Below are positions 25,379-33,647 of a stretch of DNA of 43,912 nt, in pieces. The DNA is from a virus (taxonomy: Duplodnaviria > Caudoviricetes). Position 1 is the stretch's first letter. Every line of letters starts with the position of its first letter. The position numbers were made by a program, and so were the translations under genes. The notes under the pieces were generated by a model that was given only the letters and a program-made list of their open reading frames with translations, searched no databases and had not been told where the DNA came from. The stretch covers positions 1-43,912 of the IMG/VR virus record IMGVR_UViG_3300049486_000009; one strand, given 5' to 3'.

Positions 25379-25539
25379 TATGCATCCTCGCTGTCTAGTA
25401 AACGTAGTTCGTCTAGTGAGACACCAGACATCAGCATATCCACTTGCGCATCTATGCGAATGTAGTAAAGCTCAGTGATTGGACGTAGCATCTCAACTGC
25501 GTAGGCGATAAAGATGCAATAGACTTCAAAGGTTTTCAT
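25378..25539 (-). CDS. Hypothetical 53-aa protein (not in the ORF track)
   Basis: MKTFEVYCIFIAYAVEMLRPITELYYIRIDAQVDMLMSGVSLDELRLLDSEDA fills the gap and is coupled on both sides. Confidence 0.6.
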   Translation of the reverse strand: MKTFEVYCIFIAYAVEMLRPITELYYIRIDAQVDMLMSGVSLDELRLLDSEDA

Positions 25540-25729
25540 GGTGTGTCTCGTTGTAGTGTTTGCGTTGTTGTCTTAGATTATATCTGAACTTATTCCATTC
25601 TGTCAACAGTTTGCAGTATTTAATTTCATCCTGTTTGCCGTTGATGCGTACATTGACTGGTAATAGGTCATTGAGTAAGGACTCTAAGGTTCTGACTCGT
25701 CTTAACGGAGTATCGTACTTAATGTCCAT
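25526..25729 (-). CDS. Hypothetical basic early protein
   Basis: ATG ORF in operon order. Confidence 0.6.
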   Translation of the reverse strand: MDIKYDTPLRRVRTLESLLNDLLPVNVRINGKQDEIKYCKLLTEWNKFRYNLRQQRKHYNETHHENL

Positions 25730-25736
25730 TGGTGTC

Positions 25737-25904
25737 TTAGAACAGCATTAAGGTTAACTTGAGAATTTGAGCATACTTGGTGGACTCACGTATTTCTCGC
25801 TTGAGTGCTTCAGTGCATACGCGAGAAACGTTTAGGTTGAAGCGTCTGGCTGTGTCTGCAACAGACATAGGGACTGTGATGTGTACGTGTTTTTTGCTTT
25901 CCAT
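25737..25904 (-). CDS. CcdA-like ribbon-helix-helix protein
   Basis: KKHVHITVPMSVADTARRFNLNVSRVCTEALKREI fits the CcdA-family pattern (strand, A+..G+NxS....AL..E+); start at ATG 25904. Confidence 0.7.
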   Translation of the reverse strand: MESKKHVHITVPMSVADTARRFNLNVSRVCTEALKREIRESTKYAQILKLTLMLF

Positions 25905-25931
25905 TAGTCTTAGTGAGTGATAGTGGATTGT

Positions 25932-25959
25932 AAAGCGGTAGTCTGTCACCCTACCGCTT
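25932..25959 (-). terminator. Terminator-like hairpin after the first early gene
   Basis: AAGCGGTAG-9 nt-CTACCGCTT(T) perfect 9-bp stem, 10 nt after the stop. Confidence 0.6.
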
Positions 25960-25969
25960 GGGTGTGCGT

Positions 25970-26311
25970 CTATTCGTGTACCCGTTCAAGTATAGTCTGT
26001 AAGTCAATCTTCTTCAGCTTGCTAACTCGTCTTGCGTTGTGCGTCTTGAGTTCGGATAACAGTTGGTTGCGAGTCATCTTGTATATATCAGGATGCTCGA
26101 ACTTCTCAGTGTGTGCTTCTACTTTGTATTCTGTGCTGATGTGTACTGCTTCGATGAGGTTCTGTACTACGTTCTCTAGGTCAGTTAGTTGGGTGTCTGT
26201 GGCTGTCTCTAGTTTTGCTGCTGTGTCAATCATTGCGGTTAATTCCTGTGCGAGTGTCTCTAAGTCATTCAATTGTGCGTCAGTCATTGCGTTCAATTGT
26301 GCGGTAGTCAT
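25970..26311 (-). CDS. First early protein: acidic repeats plus C-terminal Rho-N/HeH-like domain
   Basis: Start at ATG 26311 after AAGGAG; repeats TTAQLNA/TDAQLNDLE/TDTQLTDLE; C-terminal MTRNQLLSELK...VSKLKKIDL. Confidence 0.7.
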   Translation of the reverse strand: MTTAQLNAMTDAQLNDLETLAQELTAMIDTAAKLETATDTQLTDLENVVQNLIEAVHISTEYKVEAHTEKFEHPDIYKMTRNQLLSELKTHNARRVSKLKKIDLQTILERVHE

Positions 26312-26379
26312 GTCGTGTCTCCTTAAGAATGTAGTGGTAGCCCGGTGGTTTGGTGTGACCCGTTTGGGCTGATGTATAT

Positions 26380-26409
26380 AATATGGCACAGGTGGGGTCG
26401 GGTTGTCAA
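26380..26409 (-). promoter_or_regulatory. Putative first early promoter
   Basis: TTGACA-18 nt-CATATT with TGn extension and an A-tract upstream of the -35. Confidence 0.55.
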
Positions 26410-26671
26410 GTTTTTGGTTGGAATGGGCACAGATTGGGTGAGATTTCAAATGTTAGCAACCTGGTACAGCGGATCGCGTCATGATGCGCGCATTATAACA
26501 GATATGCAGTGTAGAGCAGTACGGGGGAAGCTCTGCTCCATATACAATAGGACGCATTCGTACAATTTTTCCAAATTTTTTATACAAAACACACACTGTA
26601 CATACAAATATACGTTACAGGTACGTGTATCTGATTAATTAAGAGACAGGTACTGTACGTATATATGACTA

Positions 26672-27025
26672 ATGAAATACTTGCCGCTTTATGCAGAGCA
26701 TATGGCACAGAGCTATACTCTCGCAACGTTTCACGGTGATGTCATGACACCACAAGAACTGTACGAGCGCAAGTTGAGCATGAATCAACTGTTAGAAGAT
26801 GAACAGAATAATCCTGAGCGTCTTAATGCAAAAGCGTATATGCGGATTAACCAACATCAGCAGCGCCAGAAGGATAGGATGAAAAATGCTAGAGAAGCAG
26901 CAGCACAACAGCGTCTTAATAAGACCACAACAGCAGAGAGGGACATCGAAGCTCTGAAGCGGGCTGAGGAGCATCTTGAGTCTGGTGTGTCTAAAAAGAA
27001 AGTGGTAGTTGCGGAGGGTGAGTAA
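26672..27025 (+). CDS. Hypothetical helical protein (first late gene; start may be ATG 26743)
   Basis: Charged coiled-coil ORF opening the plus-strand block. Confidence 0.6.
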   Translation: MKYLPLYAEHMAQSYTLATFHGDVMTPQELYERKLSMNQLLEDEQNNPERLNAKAYMRINQHQQRQKDRMKNAREAAAQQRLNKTTTAERDIEALKRAEEHLESGVSKKKVVVAEGE

Positions 27026-27027
27026 GG

Positions 27028-27456
27028 ATGGGGAGCCGCAAGAGTAACAGCAAAATTATCAGTAACAGCAACACCAATCTAGACGCGCTTGCTAGACAGA
27101 ACGAGCAGATGCTGGCGTTCACTCGTGAGCAAGCAGCACAACAGCGTGAACTGTTTGCACAGCAGACACAGATGATGAAGGACATGAATGCTGACATTCT
27201 GAAAGGTCAGAAGGAGACGTTATCAGCGCAAGCACTCGGCGCAAGGAACCAAGAGATTGCCAACCGTGCTGCTGGGCAGAATGCGTATGCTGACTCGTTA
27301 GAGCAGCAGTCACTGAATATGCGTAATCAGCGTCTTCAGGAGAAGCAGCAGAACGTGGCTATGAATCAAGCGAACAGAGCAGACGCGATGAGTGAGAATC
27401 AGCGTCTCGGTCTCATCAGTGACTTTATCAGACGACGTAGACAATTAACAGCTTAG
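27028..27456 (+). CDS. Gln/Ala-rich putative virion or ejected protein
   Basis: MGSRK N-terminus and Q/A/N-rich helix, as in small podovirus core proteins. Confidence 0.55.
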   Translation: MGSRKSNSKIISNSNTNLDALARQNEQMLAFTREQAAQQRELFAQQTQMMKDMNADILKGQKETLSAQALGARNQEIANRAAGQNAYADSLEQQSLNMRNQRLQEKQQNVAMNQANRADAMSENQRLGLISDFIRRRRQLTA

Positions 27457-27466
27457 GAGCACTCTA

Positions 27467-27961
27467 ATGACTGACATATTTTTCCCGCCTATCCAAGACC
27501 GTCCAAAGAACGTTGCACATCAACTGTCTCGTGAATTAGTGTGCCAACGGATTATCTATGAAGGCATCACTGAGAATGCGACGCCTACTGAAATCTTTAT
27601 TGATAACGCTGCTGACAACCGTCTTACCTTGCCACCTAATGGTGTAGCAATTGCACGATGGATGGGTGCAGCATTCAACATCACAGACGGTGTAGGAACC
27701 ACTCACGGTGATGTAGTTGCTACCAGTGGTGCATTCTCCTGCAAACGTGCTGGTACTGCATTCGTAGTCGGTCCAACTGCCATCAGTGGTACTGGGTTTG
27801 TCTTCACTGCGAACGACACGCTGGACGCAATGGTATGTACAGTGACAGGAGTTGCAAGCAAAACTATCCTGTGGGTCTGCGCAGTAGACATTGTATTCGC
27901 AGGACCGATTAGCGGTCCGCATGTCCACGCAAAAGAATTCGTAGGTGAGTTCAGAAGCTAA
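27467..27961 (+). CDS. Putative virion decoration/fibre-domain protein
   Basis: AGGAG RBS; beta-rich TENATPTEIFID...RLTLP...VTGVASKTILW motif seen in phage fibre domains; followed by a terminator. Confidence 0.55.
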   Translation: MTDIFFPPIQDRPKNVAHQLSRELVCQRIIYEGITENATPTEIFIDNAADNRLTLPPNGVAIARWMGAAFNITDGVGTTHGDVVATSGAFSCKRAGTAFVVGPTAISGTGFVFTANDTLDAMVCTVTGVASKTILWVCAVDIVFAGPISGPHVHAKEFVGEFRS

Positions 27962-27986
27962 TACCTGGTGATGTATTTGATCTCTC

Positions 27987-28014
27987 AGGACGCTTGCTCA
28001 GTGGGCGTCCTTTT
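27987..28014 (+). terminator. Rho-independent terminator
   Basis: AGGACGCTTGC-TCA-GTGGGCGTCCT followed by a T run. Confidence 0.8.
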
Positions 28015-28051
28015 ATTATGGCTATGAGCAGTTGCAGGTGATACGATGGAC

Positions 28052-28084
28052 AGAGAGGTAGCGCGTCTTTACCTCTCTTTTCTT
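28052..28084 (+). terminator. Second terminator-like hairpin before terminase
   Basis: AGAGAGGTA-9 nt-TACCTCTCT followed by TTTCTT. Confidence 0.55.
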
Positions 28085-28142
28085 ATGGCTACATTCCGTC
28101 GTTCACCCTGTTGAGGCACACCACTGTGCCTCTTTTCTAACG

Positions 28143-29831
28143 ATGGTAGACGTACACGTAAAGACTGACTTACGAGTCCATGCACTAGAAGACATCTGGG
28201 CATTTGGTGAATTGATAGACTTTAAAGGAGGTATGGATACGTTCTCGTCTCTGCACAAAGAGATATGTGAATTCGTAACTACTCCGCAATTAATAGGAAC
28301 ACCTCTTCCAAGACACAGACGTAGACTGATACTCGTTGCGCGGGAACATAGAAAGTCCACATTGGGTAACGTACTGTATACCATGTGGCGTCTCTATAGG
28401 AATCCCAATCTCAGGTTTGGTGTAGGGTGTAACACTAAGAACCTGTCACGAGCATTCATTAGAGAACTACGGTTCTACTTTGAGAATGAAGTATTGCAAG
28501 AGGACGTGTGGAATAACAGACCGCACATCCAAGGACGGATGGTACCACTGATGTACCGTGGGTCTAAACGAAGACCGGATAGTGATGACACAGAAGCAGC
28601 AGACCGGAAGCTGGTATGGAACCAGTACGCACTTCAGTTGGTGCGTCCTAAGATTCTAAAGGAACCGTCTGTAGAAGCTGTGTCTGTAGGTATGACGCTC
28701 ACAGGGCAGCACTACGATGTTATCGTACTCGACGACATTGTAGACTTCGATAATTCGTCTACACCTACTAAGGCATCTAACGTGGAAGAGTGGGCTGAAG
28801 ACCTAGAGTCTGTTCTTGCTAAGACAGCCAAGAAAGAGTACATCACAGATTACTTTTCTGAGTACGTAGGTGACGAGTTAATCATCTTAGGCACTACGTA
28901 TTATAAGTGGGATTATTACCACTCGCACTTCCTAGGTCGGTCTTTTGACATTGGTGTAGACCACACCGAACTAGAGCAGAATTTAGAAGAGAAAGAGTAC
29001 ATTGCATTAATTAAGAATATATACGTAAATAGTGCAGACAACAAACAAGGGTATGTGTTCCCCGAATTGATGGACGACCAGGTGGTGCGCCGTCTTAAGA
29101 AACGTATTACGAACAGACGCTTCTCTGCGCAGTTCTTACTTAAGGTAGTAAGTGATGACGACTCAGTAGGAATGGACGCAGATGCGGTTCAGTACATACT
29201 AGAGAAAGACTTGCGTAAGACAGGGTACGGAGTTGTTGAGTACGTTAAGAATGCAATAGAGGTAGTACCCATACAACTGTACATGGTTGTTGACTTGGCA
29301 GTCAGTCTTAAAGCAGCGGCTGACAACTCTGCTATTGGCGTTGGTGGGTACGACAAGGATAATAACTTCTATTGCGTGGATTTGTTTGCCCAGCGAGTAC
29401 CTCCGTCTCGTCTAATAAACGAGATTTATCGCATTGCTGATAAGTGGGGACTGAGTGTGGTCTACATTGAAATAGGTGGATTCCAGGAAGCCTTTGTGCA
29501 TCAGTTACGCGAAGAGTACTCTAAGCCAGGAAGACGACCACTTAGCATCGTTACGTACTCCAGCAGTGGTAATAAGAAGGAACGTATCACGCACGGTCTG
29601 GAACCTCTTATTACAAATAGGATGTTCTTTACGCACCACTGGATAATGGCTAAGACGCCACTGAAAGAAGAGTTAGATTTGCATCCATCTGAGTCGGCAA
29701 CTGATGATTGTCTTGATGTACTCGAAGTTATCGCAAGGGTCGCTCAACGGTCTCCGAGGCATATTCAAAGTGACCGCAGTAAACGTACACGTCATCTAAT
29801 AGTGAATAAGAAGTATGGTGGTCAAAGATAA
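28143..29831 (+). CDS. terL: Terminase large subunit
   Basis: Walker A-like LVAREHRKST, TGQHYDVIVLDD (Walker B), ILGT coupling motif, RNase H-like VVDLAVS...DNSA, VYIE, DDCLD. Confidence 0.93.
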   Translation: MVDVHVKTDLRVHALEDIWAFGELIDFKGGMDTFSSLHKEICEFVTTPQLIGTPLPRHRRRLILVAREHRKSTLGNVLYTMWRLYRNPNLRFGVGCNTKNLSRAFIRELRFYFENEVLQEDVWNNRPHIQGRMVPLMYRGSKRRPDSDDTEAADRKLVWNQYALQLVRPKILKEPSVEAVSVGMTLTGQHYDVIVLDDIVDFDNSSTPTKASNVEEWAEDLESVLAKTAKKEYITDYFSEYVGDELIILGTTYYKWDYYHSHFLGRSFDIGVDHTELEQNLEEKEYIALIKNIYVNSADNKQGYVFPELMDDQVVRRLKKRITNRRFSAQFLLKVVSDDDSVGMDADAVQYILEKDLRKTGYGVVEYVKNAIEVVPIQLYMVVDLAVSLKAAADNSAIGVGGYDKDNNFYCVDLFAQRVPPSRLINEIYRIADKWGLSVVYIEIGGFQEAFVHQLREEYSKPGRRPLSIVTYSSSGNKKERITHGLEPLITNRMFFTHHWIMAKTPLKEELDLHPSESATDDCLDVLEVIARVAQRSPRHIQSDRSKRTRHLIVNKKYGGQR

Positions 29832-31731
29832 AGTATTCATTATAGACAGAAGGCTGCTTCCTCGGACAGAGGAAGAGAAGCGTACTGAGGTAGTCGGGTT
29901 CATTAAGGCGCAGCTTGAAGACTACAGATTAGCACGGTCTGAACTAGAGGACATATGGTTGGAGTCTTGGGCTGCTTACGTTGGGTCTCCTGAGGCACTA
30001 GAGCATCAGCGTAACCAGCGTATAGAAATCATTGGTAATGTAAGTACCAATTGGCGTCATAAGATTAACGTAGGCAAAGCTTATGAAATTGTGGAGACTG
30101 TGGTAGGTTACCTGGCGGCTGCTATATTTCCGAATAGAGACTGGATGACTCTGATACCAGAGAATCCGATGGAAGTCAAGTTTGCTCGTCTGATGAGAAA
30201 ATACTTCTCAGACTGCCTAGACGACTGGCGGTTTAAGAGTAAGTTCATCAGCACTCTACGTCAAATGGCAATCACTGGTTCGACGGTGTTCATATGTCCG
30301 TGGGACGCGGATAACAACCGCATTACATATGATACTCTTGATGTGTTTGATGTGTACGTAGACGTTAGTGCGAGTGACTCGTCTGAGAGTAACGTCATAA
30401 GACGACAGGTGATGAGTCGCGTTGATGTACTACGCAATATTCGTACAGGAATGTACACCAACATCAAAGAAGAGGACGTTATCTCTATTTGCGGCGACGA
30501 CGTAGTTTATTCAGACAACAGCAGCATCGTCAAGAAGTTCCAGGGTCTAGACACAGAGGTGTCCTACTCGATGTACGACAAGCTGAACGTCTGGGAGTTC
30601 TGGGGAGACGTGCAGCTTCAGGGTGTGTGTTACCATGACCACTACGCTGTGGTCGTGGGTGACAAACTAGTGCGCTTCGAGCCTAACCCTTACGAAGGTG
30701 GTAAACCGATTATTATTGGAGACTACACACCTGTAGTGAGACAGCCACATGGTATGTCATCCTTCCAGCCTGCGCTGGGTCTTATGCACGTATTGAACAG
30801 CATCACTAATCAGCGACTAGACAACGTTGAGCTTGCTATCAATACGATGTTCAAGAAGAAGGCGTCATCGATACTGCGGACAGAAGAGGTGGTGTCTGAA
30901 CCTGGCAGGGTCTTAGAAGTTACTGAGATGGATGACTTAGAACCGCTTGTTCCTAACACGTCTAATTTGGTGGTGTCTTACCAGGAAGCAGGAACTATTC
31001 AGGCACAAGTAGAGCAGACTACTGGAACTGGACCACTTGTATCTACAGGACAACCTCGTGGTGGTGAGCGCGTTACTGCACAAGAGGTGCAGATGGTTCG
31101 TGAGGCTGGGTCTAACAGGCTGTCTACTGTACATCGTCATATTGAAGACACTCTGTTGATTCCTATTCTGCAGCGGTCTCTGGATAACATCAGACAATTT
31201 ATCAAAGGTAAGAGAGTAGTACGCATAGCAAATACTACTCGTTCAGACTCATATGATTATTACGAGATTACACCTAGTGACATCAAATCATACCAGTACA
31301 GACTGAAACCACGGGGTGCTGACTACATCGTTGAGCAGCGTGAGTATATACAGAAACGTACAGCGTTTGTTCAACTGGTGGTGTCTGTACCACAATTTGC
31401 AGAGAAGATTGACTTTGACAGAGTTCTGCATGACTTGTTACAAAACTGGGGATTTGAGGAACCGGAAGCGTACATGAAGTCGTCAACTCCTGAGCAAGGA
31501 CAGCCGGCGACTATGGCTGGGTCTCTAGAGGAAATGGGTGGAACAGGTTTAGTGAACGCGGCTAACGAACAGCTAGCAGTGGACGGTGGCAGCGATGCAC
31601 TGAGCCGACTGACAGGACAACAATTACCAGAAGGTGTGAACGCCAATGACTTACTCCAGCAATACTTCAGCTCAAGAACAGCCCTCGACTCAGTCCCTCT
31701 CGCCGACGCAGGAGCAGCGGTTGAACAATAA
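29815..31731 (+). CDS. Portal (head-tail connector) protein
   Basis: Position after terL; WRHKINVGKAYE, FPNRDW, RLDNVEL and ERVTAQEV (T7-like RxTAxEV) motifs. Confidence 0.92.
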   Translation: MVVKDKVFIIDRRLLPRTEEEKRTEVVGFIKAQLEDYRLARSELEDIWLESWAAYVGSPEALEHQRNQRIEIIGNVSTNWRHKINVGKAYEIVETVVGYLAAAIFPNRDWMTLIPENPMEVKFARLMRKYFSDCLDDWRFKSKFISTLRQMAITGSTVFICPWDADNNRITYDTLDVFDVYVDVSASDSSESNVIRRQVMSRVDVLRNIRTGMYTNIKEEDVISICGDDVVYSDNSSIVKKFQGLDTEVSYSMYDKLNVWEFWGDVQLQGVCYHDHYAVVVGDKLVRFEPNPYEGGKPIIIGDYTPVVRQPHGMSSFQPALGLMHVLNSITNQRLDNVELAINTMFKKKASSILRTEEVVSEPGRVLEVTEMDDLEPLVPNTSNLVVSYQEAGTIQAQVEQTTGTGPLVSTGQPRGGERVTAQEVQMVREAGSNRLSTVHRHIEDTLLIPILQRSLDNIRQFIKGKRVVRIANTTRSDSYDYYEITPSDIKSYQYRLKPRGADYIVEQREYIQKRTAFVQLVVSVPQFAEKIDFDRVLHDLLQNWGFEEPEAYMKSSTPEQGQPATMAGSLEEMGGTGLVNAANEQLAVDGGSDALSRLTGQQLPEGVNANDLLQQYFSSRTALDSVPLADAGAAVEQ

Positions 31732-32359
31732 TCCATTGGCAATGCAGGAAGCTGCTGAACCAGTAGATATTACGACCAACCGTGCTGAGGTGGTCTTAGA
31801 AGATTCACCTGTGTCTGTGACGGAAGGGATGGATGACGGGTCTGACGTGGTCGAGACTCCCGCTGAGACTCCTCAAGAGGAGACAGCAGAAACACCAGAG
31901 GCAGAGGTTAACCCTCAAGCATTCGAGGTCTTCAAGGACGTGCTTCGTACACAATACGGAGTAACACCTGAAGACTTGAAATCTGGCATAGAGTTTATGA
32001 AAGGGCAGATGGAACAGCAAGCTGCTGTGTCTGCTTATAAGACGCTCCAAGAAACGTGGGGTGTTGACTCTAACCAACTTCGTGAGCGCATGGAAGCTGT
32101 TCAAGAAGTGTTCTCTCAGATGAGTCCTGAAGAACAAGCAAGTATGGATAACGTACAAGGTGCGGTTGCCATCTGGAATTCAATTGTTAAGAATGGTAGG
32201 GCACAAGGTATGTTGGGCAAGACTGGCTCATCTGCTCGTGTCCCTCAAAATAAGTACAAATTCACTGCTGCTCAAATCGCTGCCATGTCGGAGGCTGAAC
32301 GCCGCCAACGTGACCCGGAAATCGTAGCAGCTTACGCACAAGGTCTTGTTAAGGAGTAG
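31646..32359 (+). CDS. Capsid scaffolding protein
   Basis: Acidic, flexible protein between portal and capsid, ending EIVAAYAQGLVKE. Confidence 0.8.
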   Translation: MTYSSNTSAQEQPSTQSLSPTQEQRLNNNPLAMQEAAEPVDITTNRAEVVLEDSPVSVTEGMDDGSDVVETPAETPQEETAETPEAEVNPQAFEVFKDVLRTQYGVTPEDLKSGIEFMKGQMEQQAAVSAYKTLQETWGVDSNQLRERMEAVQEVFSQMSPEEQASMDNVQGAVAIWNSIVKNGRAQGMLGKTGSSARVPQNKYKFTAAQIAAMSEAERRQRDPEIVAAYAQGLVKE

Positions 32360-32363
32360 TTAA

Positions 32364-33374
32364 ATGTATTCAGGAAGATTAGTCACTCGTCCAGATGTAA
32401 ACGCTTTTATCCCAAATGTATGGCAAGGTGACATTCGTCACTTCCGTTCGTCTAAGTTTGTGATGCAGCAAGCCATTACCGTACGTTCATTCGTCGGTAA
32501 AAAAGGTGACACTCTGTATGAGCCTCTCGTTGGTCGCGCTGCTATCTACCCCAAGCTGGCTGGTCAGCCTGTGCAGTTGCAGTCTCGTGAAGCTGGTGAG
32601 TGGGAACTGAAAATTAACCAGCACAATGAATCTTCATATGCTATTGAAGACATTGTGAAGATTCAGTCGCAGTACGATTTGCGGACTCCATACACCAAAG
32701 AGGCTGGATATGCTATGGCTCGTGACTTAGACAACGCTGTCTTAGCGTTACGTGCTGCTATCCCTACTACTCAGCAGATTTTCCGCACTATTAACGCTGG
32801 TGCAGGTACAGTCGCAGGAGACCCAGCACCTATTGACTCTGATGTCATCCTCGCTGCTAAAGCGTACATGCTAGAACAGGACGTTGACTCGGAAGACATC
32901 ATGCTGCTGGTCAACCCAACGCAGTACACTGATATGCTGGATATTGACAAGTTTATCTCTGCGGATTACGTGAACAACCAGCCAGTGGTAAATGGTGTTA
33001 TCGGTACTGTGTATGGCATTAAAGTTATGCACACTAGCAACTTGAAGCCTAACACACTGGATGGATACCACAACGGTGAGGGTGCACCTGGTCAGCCCAC
33101 GCCTGGTGTCATCGGTAGTCCGTACATGCCTACACAAGATGCTGTAGTTGGTACGGGTCTACCGAGAGGTAAGACTGGTAACGAAGTGGCTCAGCCTTTT
33201 GTGTCGTGCCTAATGTGCTCCAAAGAGTGGGCAATGTTGGCTGTTCAGAAGAATATCTCTACTGAGTACAGCCGTGAGAACCTGTTGCAAGCTGACGCAC
33301 TTGTTACTACTCATGCGTTTGGAACTCGCATTCGTCGCGCTAATGAAGCAATCTTGATTCACAGCGCTGCGTAG
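32364..33374 (+). CDS. Major capsid protein (HK97 fold, Pf-WMP3-like)
   Basis: FIPNVW, KKGD, IEDIV..Q..YDLR..YTKEAGYAMARDLD and NGEGAPGQPTPGVIGSPY motifs recalled from Pf-WMP3-type capsids; AAGGAG RBS. Confidence 0.93.
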   Translation: MYSGRLVTRPDVNAFIPNVWQGDIRHFRSSKFVMQQAITVRSFVGKKGDTLYEPLVGRAAIYPKLAGQPVQLQSREAGEWELKINQHNESSYAIEDIVKIQSQYDLRTPYTKEAGYAMARDLDNAVLALRAAIPTTQQIFRTINAGAGTVAGDPAPIDSDVILAAKAYMLEQDVDSEDIMLLVNPTQYTDMLDIDKFISADYVNNQPVVNGVIGTVYGIKVMHTSNLKPNTLDGYHNGEGAPGQPTPGVIGSPYMPTQDAVVGTGLPRGKTGNEVAQPFVSCLMCSKEWAMLAVQKNISTEYSRENLLQADALVTTHAFGTRIRRANEAILIHSAA

Positions 33375-33381
33375 AGCTACC

Positions 33382-33411
33382 TGGCTCACGTAGTTATTAC
33401 TGGGTGAGCCA
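33382..33411 (+). promoter_or_regulatory. Post-capsid hairpin occluding the next start
   Basis: TGGCTCAC...GTGAGCCA stem includes the RBS-like GGGTGA and the A of ATG 33411; no U tract. Confidence 0.6.
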
Positions 33412-33647
33412 TGAATAAAGTTCCTGTGTTAGGGCAGCAAATTACATATGTGGATACTGATACTGTAACTGAAGCTGCTATTTATCGTACGGGTCTTATT
33501 ATTGAGAGACCGACCAACGGGGTCAACTACGATGAGGAGCCTTTACTGATTTCCTATTTTACGGAACAAGGTACAGTACAGTTAAAAGCAAAGCACGGTT
33601 CTGCTCAAGGTGATTGGATGTTCGCTGGTGAATACGGAGTAAGATAA
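33411..33647 (+). CDS. Small virion-associated protein
   Basis: 78-aa beta-rich ORF between capsid and adaptor, TAATG-coupled. Confidence 0.65.
   Translation: MNKVPVLGQQITYVDTDTVTEAAIYRTGLIIERPTNGVNYDEEPLLISYFTEQGTVQLKAKHGSAQGDWMFAGEYGVR

Noticed and set aside
26312-26449. Longer start for the first early gene, and plus-strand ORFs 25917-26372 and 26345-26638
   Set aside because: The extension overlaps the promoter and AAGGAG supports ATG 26311; the plus-strand ORFs are antisense shadows with atypical composition.
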